From contig OX337228.1 in the NCBI GenBank assembly GCA_946965045.2, positions 1,550,001 through 1,614,000 on the forward strand: DNA of 64,000 nt, read 5' to 3'. The stretch's first letter is position 1. Every line of letters begins with the position of its first letter. The DNA is from Epithemia pelagica (Eukaryota > Protista > Bacillariophyta). Below the pieces are notes generated by a model. It ran no database searches, was not told the DNA's origin, and saw nothing but the letters and a program-made list of their open reading frames with translations. The translations under genes were made by a program, and so were the position numbers. Positions 1-8,200 of the stretch are shown here, piece by piece.

Positions 1-1406
1 TTGGCTGGCAATTCTCGCTGCTGCTGCAAGAGCGTGATGATAGTCTCGAGGGCCCGTGCTTGACCCGAGTCTCCACAGAGGGCACATTTTCCCTGGATAG
101 AAGCCGAAAGTGTTTGGGTGTTGTTGGACCGCCACCGTCGTGCCACTTCCAGTCCCAAACGGGTACTGACATAATGTTTCATCAGTGGATCCTGGGGATC
201 AATTCCGGTACCGGAGGGTGCACAATAGGTGGCACCCAACTCCATGAGAGCTTGATTGACATGTCCGGGTCGACTTTGATCGCCCGCCTCGACGAGTTGT
301 TGCGCCAAGTTCCATCCCAGCTTGTCCTTGAGCATGGGTGCCTTGACATCAATGGCAATGCCCCGCAAGCGGGCCAAGACCCGACACACATTGCCATCCA
401 CGACAGGGACCGTCACCTGGTAGGCAATGGAGGCAATCGCACTCGCTGTATACCGACCCACACCCGGCAATTGCAACAACCCCTCGACCGTCGTGGGCAA
501 TTGACCGTCCAAGGTTTGAACCACGGATTGAGCGGCTTGGTGCAAGAGTCGACCTCGGCGATAAAAGCCCAATCCGGCCCAATGCGCATTAATTTGTTCG
601 TCCGTGGCGGCGGCCAACTCCTGAATGGTTGGAAAGGAGTTCATCCACCGCACCCAATAGGGAATGACCGCTTCCACGCGTGTTTGTTGCAGCATGATTT
701 CACTCACCCAAATGCCATAGGCTGACACAGGGAAAGCAGTGGTAGTGGTCGTAGTTGTATCTGTTTTTTCGGTTTGTGATACTGACTGTGGACTGGACGT
801 TGATGCCCGTTTCTTCTTGTTGTTGTTGGTGGTGGGTGCAAAATAGTCTTGAATCGAGGACTGCTGCGCGGAGGATCGTTTGCCCATTGGTTTTGCCTCA
901 CTACTATTCTTCTTCTTCTTCTTCTTCTTCTTGTCGGCAAAATTGGCCGTACTGCCATCCCATGGAGGAGGATCGCCCCGCCATGGCAAGTGACGACGAT
1001 GCGCGTCGTACCAGTCCAACAAGCGTTGTCGAATCTCTGTCGCTTCCTCGGGGGAAAACAAATGAAAGTCGAAACTATCATGAGACAACCATTCATCCAG
1101 GAGCACCGAATCGTTTCGTTCTTCTTGTTGAGTCTTGGTACTGTCGGCCGTCAGTGATACTGAAACTGTGGTGTCGATCTCCTGCTCCTCCTCGGTCTTG
1201 ACCATGGTCATTCTTTGTCTTGTTCTGGGCCGCATCCTGCTGCTGGGTCCACCAGGACGGACAATGACGGTCGAAGAACCACAAATCCAACCAGCCGATG
1301 CAGCTCCAATCCAACGTCTCGGACTGGGCCACAACGACGACGACGGCGACGATGCCAACCACAAGCACGAGCTACCAATCCCCCCAATGCGAGACAGGAG
1401 GAGCAT
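1..1406 (-). CDS. MUTYH: A/G-specific adenine DNA glycosylase MutY, C-terminus runs off the window start
   Basis: Manual minus-strand translation, open from ATG 1406 to base 1: LLDWYDAHRRHLPWRGD...AYGIWVSEIMLQQTRV (catalytic Glu), WAGLGFYRR, HhH LPGVGRYTASAIASIA, VVDGNVCRV (catalytic Asp), NQALMELGATYC. The N-terminus (MLLLSRIGG..., Arg/Ser-rich) looks like an organellar presequence. ORF 60..725(+) is its antisense shadow. Confidence 0.95.
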   Translation of the reverse strand, partial: MLLLSRIGGIGSSCLWLASSPSSSLWPSPRRWIGAASAGWICGSSTVIVRPGGPSSRMRPRTRQRMTMVKTEEEQEIDTTVSVSLTADSTKTQQEERNDSVLLDEWLSHDSFDFHLFSPEEATEIRQRLLDWYDAHRRHLPWRGDPPPWDGSTANFADKKKKKKKKNSSEAKPMGKRSSAQQSSIQDYFAPTTNNNKKKRASTSSPQSVSQTEKTDTTTTTTTAFPVSAYGIWVSEIMLQQTRVEAVIPYWVRWMNSFPTIQELAAATDEQINAHWAGLGFYRRGRLLHQAAQSVVQTLDGQLPTTVEGLLQLPGVGRYTASAIASIAYQVTVPVVDGNVCRVLARLRGIAIDVKAPMLKDKLGWNLAQQLVEAGDQSRPGHVNQALMELGATYCAPSGTGIDPQDPLMKHYVSTRLGLEVARRWRSNNTQTLSASIQGKCALCGDSGQARALETIITLLQQQRELPA

Positions 1407-1739
1407 GGTCGTCTCCGCGACAGAAAAAATGAGACAGACAGCATTGGCAACGATTCTCCTCTAGCTAGAAGTTTTGAGACATCCAGTACCGGTAGTCTAC
1501 ATAGATATACGTATGTACCATCGATGTGTTACTCCTCAGCGATTGGGAGTCATGAGGATTAGTGATTCAAATTCTTTTTCACCTCCAATTTACGACAGAT
1601 GTGCGACCCAATGATTCGCTCCTGCTTGGGAGTAGCTATGTATGTACTGACATTAAGGCGACACTAAAGCGACCGCGGAGCCTTTTTTGCATCCGCGGCA
1701 AAAGTTTTTCATTTTCTGCGTGTGTGGTTGCTTTGGACC

Positions 1740-3144
1740 ATGTCGTCCAGTGACGAAACGTATTTGGAAGGCTTCATTGAGGGTCTTGCGACATTGCCCA
1801 ATGAAGTCCGACGAAATCTGGAATTGATGAAAGATCTCGACAAATCCTCGGGGTGAGTAAGAAGAAGTGAATCGTGAATCGCACATGCCACGGTCTGTAC
1901 AAATATGGCAATCTTGGGCTCTCACCCAATTGCTCTCACCAATGATTGTCGTGTTTGCTCAATGTTCTTCTATAGCTCCAAAGCGGATGAGTTACTCAAA
2001 CTGCAAGATCAATACCTCCAACATATACAACAAAAGCTGGCTCACACTCGTGTGGTTCAACGTCCCGACACGGGTGCCATTGTGGGTCTTGAGTTGATTC
2101 TGCCGGGACAACAAGAACAACAACAGTCTCCTCCGGAACATGCCTTTGTACCGACGGTCGATGAACTCTTTGAATATACCTACCATCCTCAGCTCTACAC
2201 GAGTATCGAACGATTGCAACACGAGTGTTTGCAAAAGGCCGAAGAAAAAATGGCGGTTGCGCAACAAACGCATGAATTGGTCGATGCGCAAGTTCAACGA
2301 TTGGATCGGGATTTGGCAGCCATGGAAGCCTTGTTACAGGTACGTCGTATCATTATTATTATTCTTGTGATTAGAGTTGTTGTTTTTTCATTGGAGCAAA
2401 CCTTTTTCGTGAGGCGAATGAGGACGAGGAGGATTCGCTCTCCTGCGCGTTTGTTTTTGCCGTTTGTGTGTATGTTTGTGTGTGTGTGTATGTTTATATA
2501 TATTCCTGAACGAGTTACCCTCTCCACCTTGCTGGATCTCACCACTTATATATATTCTTCCATGATGATCATGATACAAATATAATTAGGCCACGGGAGA
2601 CTTTGATTCCGGTGCCTTGGCCAAACCCAATGACTTGGCCGCCTGTCAAGTCTCACTGGGCAGTGAATGGATCTTGGCCAAGGTGTTGAGTCATGATCCC
2701 TCCACGGACATGTACCAATTGGCCGATGAAGATGTGGAAAGCAACAAGGGTACGTATTATGATTCTGATGATTCTTCTGTTGTCGTGGTATGATTCTGTA
2801 TCGTATGGTGGTAAAGTATTGGATTGTGAAAGGTTGGTCTTGGCTTGTCTCACAACACACACTCTCTCTACACGCGCTTCCGTCCTGTGCTGTTACATTC
2901 AGTCTTTCATTTGCCAGCTCCTCAAGTCAAGATACTGTATACCATTGAAAAATTGCGGTCGGGCGATGCCGTCTATGCCATTTATCCCGAAACCACCTCC
3001 TTTTATCAAGCCACGGTCGTGCAGGCACCTCGTCGACAACAGGGTGGTGCCATTGTCATGGTGAATTTTCACGACGATGCCGATGAGTTTGGTGTCACGC
3101 ATGACAAGGCGGTTCCCTTGAAACATGTCATGCCGCCACCCTAA
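1740..3144 (+). CDS. ING N-terminal coiled-coil fused to SGF29-type tandem Tudor domain (H3K4me reader), 4 exons
   Basis: Exons 1740-1852, 1976-2339, 2590-2749, 2903-3144; GT-AG junctions keep the frame. Exon 1 YLEGFIEGLATLPNEVRRNLELMKDLD resembles ING-N. Exons 3-4 EWILAKV...YQLADED...VYAIYPETTSFYQATV...VNFHDD resemble the SGF29 Tudor pair. Confidence 0.85.
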
Positions 3145-3461
3145 CAAAAGATGAAGGGAAGAAGAAGAAGGCAAGCACTTGCACAAGCACGAGTTTGTTG
3201 TGGGACATTGCTCAGACAGGTTGCTTTTTCTGGAGTAAACACATTGCTTTTGCGCAGAGCAAACACTTGCTTTTCGTGGAGCAAACTGTATCAGCCGAGT
3301 GCAAACGGAGTTGGAAGTGGAATGCTTGCTACGAGGTGGTCTCTCTTACTAGTAGGTAGTATGAGCTGTGTCAATGACGGCAATGGCGAGGAAGAACGCG
3401 AATATGCCACCTTGGAGCCACTTTCAGTCGGTCCTATAGGAATGGTATAGCTTTCTCGAAG

Positions 3462-4013
3462 CAAAATGTCATATCATCACACAAACAATAGCACTGCTTG
3501 TGTCTCTTGTGATTAGTCCGTTGCTCCCGCTATTACACGATATCTTATTGCATGGCCGTCACGTGTCGTTGCACCATGTCAGCGTCCGGGATCCTCTGAA
3601 ATGGTGGTAGTGGTGCCTTGTCTGGTTGTTGTTGCGCGTGTAATGATGACAATGGCAATGACTCGCTCTCCTCGGACGACAACAACTGATGGAGCAGGAA
3701 GAGTATCGAGCGATCCCAATTGGTCGTACGGTGCTGGGCCTTTTCCAGGTCCTCCTCCTCCGCTTCTTTGGTTTCTGCTGCTGTCATGCTTTGACGGTTG
3801 CGGGTCCGGATCCACTCGTTCGGATGGTGGTGGAGTTGGTGGCACATAGTCCACCAGTACCTTGACAGGCACCTTGACAATGGTTAATAAGACATTTGGA
3901 TTGGTGTTCGTGTTGCTCCAGTCGTTGGCTTACAACCTCAAAACCACTTTCGCTGGGGGGTATATGTTTGTCGTTTCAATGTGTCGCTTTGACTTCCGCT
4001 GGCACAGAGGTCC
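3462..4013 (-). pseudogene. Diverged, frameshifted, 5'-truncated copy of the 3' end of the 6510-8066 gene
   Basis: Colinear with 6427-6955 (shared start caaaatgtcatatcatcacacaaacaatagcac; homology ends at ttccgctggcacagaggtcc). VPVKVLVDYVPPTPPPSERVDP and WDRSILFLLHQLL fall in different frames (ORFs 3579..3872 and 3545..3880). Confidence 0.85.
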
Positions 4014-4108
4014 ACATCCACAGGTCCACAGCACTTTTTATACTACAGTAAGAACTTTTTGTACCGCCGGGAAGTAGTCACGTGCGGGTCGCGCGGTTTC
4101 CCTCTCCT

Positions 4109-4152
4109 GTGTGACACTGGTGTGACACTTGCGTGACACTTGTGTGACACTT
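4109..4152. repeat. Four tandem 11-bp repeats, consensus GTGTGACACTT
   Basis: gtgtgacactg / gtgtgacactt / gcgtgacactt / gtgtgacactt read directly from the sequence. Confidence 0.95.
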
Positions 4153-4294
4153 CTTCCAGGAAGACACAGTAAGTTTCTAAAAACTCCATACCAGACTGTG
4201 TAGGTAGTTCGTCTCACATTTTTATTATTGCAGACAAATCGAAAGTTCGATGACGGTTGAAGACTTTGCAGATTGTGGACGCCTCTTATGACTT

Positions 4295-5896
4295 ATGATA
4301 GATGAGATCATGTCCTCTCCACTAATACTATCCAACATGACAATCATTGATCCCTCCAAGTTGTTTCCAGACCGGTCGTTTCCCGCGAATGGAGAAACAC
4401 TGGATCTTTCTCCACTCAAGAATCTCGTGGCGAGTGGCGCCGAATTCTTCCTTCCTCGGCAACTCTATGTGCGGCAGGAAATGCGTCAACTCTTCCAAGA
4501 ACTGACAGAAATTCCAGTCCTCACCAAGATTGTATCTGGCTCGCCTGGAATCGGGAAATCGGTGACCTGCTTCCTCACCGCGCTGTACCGCGCTTGGAAT
4601 GGCAAGAAGAGTGTCTTCTTCTTTCGTTGGACAAAAAATTCGAATGAACGTGCCAGTGCATTTTTGATATGCAAGAACGATGCGGGATCTCTTCAGATCC
4701 AGTTCGCTCGCGATATTCTGAAAAATAGAGGGCCACAAGAGACATACAACAGTCTTCTGCAAGAGCTTCCGGATACTCGGGATGTGTACAATATGGTAGA
4801 CGGACTACTCGTCACGGAGGTGGAGTTTGTGACAGAACTCGACACTCTCTGTACATCTGGAAGAGGAGACAAAATTACAAGTGAAAAGAGCATTGGACCA
4901 ATCCCCGATTGGGAAGAAATTGAGGAAGAGAGACAACGCAAAGTTCGCCTCCAGAGTACGGCCAATATTGTCATGGGTGCTTGGCAAGTGGATGACATGA
5001 AGTGTGCAATCACAGCTTGCTGTGTTGGTAATGATGAGAGATTTGATGAGGAGTTATTCGAGGAAATATATTATGTTACGGGGGGTCGGATTCGTGAAGC
5101 TGTCTCCATGTACAGGAAAAAGGAGGTGAGCACCATTTATGCCGATAATGTTGTCAAGAGAGTCTCCGTAGTAGCTTCAGCAAAATTGGCACTAGCTCGA
5201 ACAGATCAAAGATCTACGTCGGATCACGTAGACGCCCTACGTTCAATATTCCGTAGACCAATGCAAGGTGATGTCTGGGATGAAGTTGACATTATTGTTG
5301 ATAGTCAATACATGATACACAAACTACATGAGAAGGTTGATGGAGAGGAACTACTGAACTCATATCACTCTGCGAGAGATTGTGGGTATTACAAGGCAGC
5401 CGCTGACTACTTTGAAGAACTTATGCATTGGCAGCTTTCTCAGCCAGGCGTATTCCCTTCCATTTCCGACTCCTTAAAGGGACAAGGAACGGCTTCCGAA
5501 GGTGTCCAGATGCTCAAGACGACGAATTGTTATTGGATGCCCAGCACTCCGAACTTTGTCAATATTGACGCCGCTATAGTGCGACCAGACATGCACGTGT
5601 GGTGTTTTCAATACACAACAGGACAAAGTCACACCTACAAGAAGAGACGCCTCCGTCCTAAGTTTCTCAATGTTCTCAACCAATCTTTTGTACAGCAGGT
5701 CCAGGATGTTACAGTTATCTTTGTGGTCCCAACTGGCACAACGTTTTCGACTCCAGATACTGGTGGAGAATGTAATACAAAAGTGGTGACTGTTGATTGC
5801 GAAAACATGGACGTGTTGCGTGCAAGCTTGACAAATTTGATTGAAACCGTGGCAACCACTGCAAGCGTAGCGACTTCCCAAGCAAAAACCACTTGA
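4295..5896 (+). CDS. Crinkler/RHS (CR)-type P-loop NTPase + C-terminal restriction-endonuclease-fold protein
   Basis: LYVR, Walker A GSPGIGKS (4538-4561), Walker B-like YNMVDG, LCTS, MGAW, YYVTGGRIR, then YFEELMH...YWMPSTPNFVNIDAAIV...WCFQYT...SH, the motif order of CR NTPase+REase proteins. A canonical 5'-UTR intron is predicted at 4169-4233 (GTAAGT...TTATTGCAG). Confidence 0.8.
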   Translation: MIDEIMSSPLILSNMTIIDPSKLFPDRSFPANGETLDLSPLKNLVASGAEFFLPRQLYVRQEMRQLFQELTEIPVLTKIVSGSPGIGKSVTCFLTALYRAWNGKKSVFFFRWTKNSNERASAFLICKNDAGSLQIQFARDILKNRGPQETYNSLLQELPDTRDVYNMVDGLLVTEVEFVTELDTLCTSGRGDKITSEKSIGPIPDWEEIEEERQRKVRLQSTANIVMGAWQVDDMKCAITACCVGNDERFDEELFEEIYYVTGGRIREAVSMYRKKEVSTIYADNVVKRVSVVASAKLALARTDQRSTSDHVDALRSIFRRPMQGDVWDEVDIIVDSQYMIHKLHEKVDGEELLNSYHSARDCGYYKAAADYFEELMHWQLSQPGVFPSISDSLKGQGTASEGVQMLKTTNCYWMPSTPNFVNIDAAIVRPDMHVWCFQYTTGQSHTYKKRRLRPKFLNVLNQSFVQQVQDVTVIFVVPTGTTFSTPDTGGECNTKVVTVDCENMDVLRASLTNLIETVATTASVATSQAKTT

Positions 5897-5924
5897 ACCA
5901 TTGCATCCACGGTGAACCGTTGAG

Positions 5925-6346
5925 CTAGTCACAATTGCGTCGTGCTTTGGGTCCATTGTCATACCAACCTTTCATGAGTTCCACTTTTTTGCTTCCGAAA
6001 TTGACATTGGTCGTCAACAACAAGGATGGATCTCCCGGCAATTTGCAAAAGGGATGAACAGGAAGAGAAGACTCCTCGTTCGTGGTCCTCGTTGAACCCG
6101 CCGGGTCCAGAATCGTAGTGTCATCGTGATCCTCATCATCATCATCCCTGTTTGGCGAGGAGGAGGCCTGGAGGAGCGAGGAGGACATGGTATTCGATTG
6201 CGCCGCTGTAGTACAACGAGACCCTAGATGCTGGACAATGTTGGACGAATGGGAGAAAAGCACTCCACCAAATCAGTCCACAAGAAGAAGAAGGATACGA
6301 CAACAACAAGAAGAAGAAACGAACGGCAAGGATTGAGACGACTCAT
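5925..6346 (-). pseudogene. Plastid-targeted MIF/tautomerase-like gene, exon 1 only, with a 1-nt frameshift
   Basis: Signal peptide MSRLNPCRSFLLLVVVVSFFFLWTDLVEC-F, then a -1 shift near 6255 into KLPGDPSLLLTTNVNFGSKKVELMK (MIF-like P-x-L-x-x-x-TNV start), then a GTTGGT donor near 5978. No MIF-like exon 2 was found downstream. Confidence 0.6.
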
Positions 6347-6509
6347 AGAGAAGGGCGGCAACCAGCAGAACGCCATGGAGAGAACAACCAGGAACGATGC
6401 TACCATATGGTATTGCGTTCTCGAATCAAAATGTCATATCATCACACAAACAATAGCACTGCTTGTGTCTCTTGTGATTAGTCCGTTGCTACCGCTATTT
6501 CACGATATC

Positions 6510-8066
6510 TTATTGCATGGCCGTCATGAGTCGTTGTACCATGTCAGCGTCCTCCGGGATCCTCTGAAATGGTGGTAGTGGTGCCTTGTCTGGTTGTCGC
6601 TGTTCTTGTGATGATGACAACTCGCTCCCCTCAGACGACACCAACAACTGATGGAGCAGGGAGAGTATCGTGCGATCCCAATTGGTCGTATGGTTCTTGA
6701 CCTTTTCCAAGTCCTCCTCCTCCTCCTCCGCTTCTTCTTTGGTTTCTTCCGGATCGACTCGTTCGGATGGTGGTGGAGTTGGTGGCACGTAGTCCACCAG
6801 TACCTTGACAGGCACCTTGACAATGGTTAATAAGACATTAGGATTGGTGTTCGTGTTGCTCCAGTCGTTGGCAGTTGTCTGGTCGTCGTCGTCGTTTGTC
6901 GTTTCATTGTGTACAGATGTGTCGTGGACCAATCGTTCCGCTGGCACAGAGGTCCGCCGTTTTGCGGTGTTGTTGTTGTTGTTGTCTGCTGGTTCGGGTG
7001 CAAGACGACTATGGACCAATCCCACGGCCTTGCGAGTCCGACTGCGGTCCGCAGCATCATCCATGTCCAGGCTTCCGGGTAGTAGATAAAGAGACCCCAC
7101 CGTCCAGGGCAAGGTGGGTCGTGCTTGTTCTTCCGTTTGACTGCCAATAATCATGGCACTGCTGGTCGAACTGGTTCCCAAGGATTGCAACACATGATGC
7201 GGCGGCAACTGTCTCACCCAAATCAATCGATGCGAGGCGGATCCATATTCACACAATGGTTCGGCATGGAGGGGCAATGTCCAGTGCCATACCGAGACTT
7301 GGCCCTGTCGTTTGTACAAGATTCGTTCTTGTGTCGGACGACGAGGAATCGTGGGAGCAAACGCCTGCCATTGTTGTTGAACTTGTTCTTGAATTTGTTG
7401 ATTATTTCTATGTTCTTGTACAGCACGGGCAATGGAATCCGGCAATCGGGAAGAGGGTGGAGCACCTTCGTCGCAACACTCACAGAATCCCCCTCCTTGT
7501 CCTCCTCCTCCCATAAAGGCAAAGGTCATGGACGACAAAAAATCCATGGTGGTATCCATATTGGTTTCCGGAAACGTTTGGCTCATGAGTTCTGCCACGG
7601 TGGGTGTTTCATCCTCTTCGTCGTTTGGATTCTTGGTATTCATGGTTTCAGCTGCAGTACCAGCAGTAGAAGTATCGTTTGGTTTGATCCGTTTGGCGGG
7701 TGGAGGTGCCTCCTCCTCCGCATTCGTTGGGGGTTCCAACATGGTTGGATCCCCCCACGAAAACTCGGACAAGGTCTCTTGCAAGAGTCGTCGTTCTTCT
7801 TGCGCCGCTCGTTCGGCATTTCTCCTCATGGTACTTGTTGTTGTCGTGGTGGTAACAAGGTCGGTGCCACGACTGGTGTTGTCACCTATGAATGTTGTTG
7901 TTGTTGTGGTTGGCAGTAGTGTCTCCAATGGCACGGCTGCATTATCTGTAACGGAGGATGATGATGCATTACTGAGAAACAGCGACGACGATGAGGGTAT
8001 TGTAGGAGGAGCCTGTTCCTCCCATGCTGCCGTTCCATCTGTGGTGATATGGACCGCGTCGTTCAT
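6510..8066 (-). CDS. Hypothetical protein (518 aa), low-complexity linkers around a globular-looking core
   Basis: Long ORF with the Thr/Gln/acidic bias of other genes here; its 3' part is conserved in the paralogous fragment at 3462-4013. No family recognised. Confidence 0.7.
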   Translation of the reverse strand: MNDAVHITTDGTAAWEEQAPPTIPSSSSLFLSNASSSSVTDNAAVPLETLLPTTTTTTFIGDNTSRGTDLVTTTTTTSTMRRNAERAAQEERRLLQETLSEFSWGDPTMLEPPTNAEEEAPPPAKRIKPNDTSTAGTAAETMNTKNPNDEEDETPTVAELMSQTFPETNMDTTMDFLSSMTFAFMGGGGQGGGFCECCDEGAPPSSRLPDSIARAVQEHRNNQQIQEQVQQQWQAFAPTIPRRPTQERILYKRQGQVSVWHWTLPLHAEPLCEYGSASHRLIWVRQLPPHHVLQSLGTSSTSSAMIIGSQTEEQARPTLPWTVGSLYLLPGSLDMDDAADRSRTRKAVGLVHSRLAPEPADNNNNNTAKRRTSVPAERLVHDTSVHNETTNDDDDQTTANDWSNTNTNPNVLLTIVKVPVKVLVDYVPPTPPPSERVDPEETKEEAEEEEEDLEKVKNHTTNWDRTILSLLHQLLVSSEGSELSSSQEQRQPDKAPLPPFQRIPEDADMVQRLMTAMQ

Positions 8067-8182
8067 GGTGGATGTGATGGGGTTTTTTTTTCAAACCAAA
8101 AATTTGGGGGAGGGTGACGCAATCAAAACCCGAACACAAAAGCGACATAAAAGCGACTGAAAGCACGACACGAGAAGTCGGC

Positions 8183-8200
8183 GGCAATCTTGACGCCATA
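8183..8200. repeat. Left target-site duplication GGCAATCTTGACGCCATA
   Basis: Exact 18-bp match to 11373-11390. Confidence 0.95.

Noticed and set aside
60-725. 221-aa plus-strand ORF
   Set aside because: Antisense shadow of the MutY catalytic domain.
4109-4152. Repeat array as CRISPR-like
   Set aside because: No spacers, 11-bp unit, no cas genes, eukaryotic context.
4075-5932. 7-bp direct repeat TAGTCAC (4075-4081 and 5926-5932) as a TSD for the CR cassette
   Set aside because: A 7-mer match between two roughly 70-bp boundary zones is plausible by chance (CATCCAC also matches); rejoining the flanks does not restore a MIF exon 2.
8114-8200. N-terminal part of ORF 8114..8911 as LINE protein
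   Set aside because: Lies upstream of and within the TSD; it is host DNA fortuitously in frame with the truncated RT.
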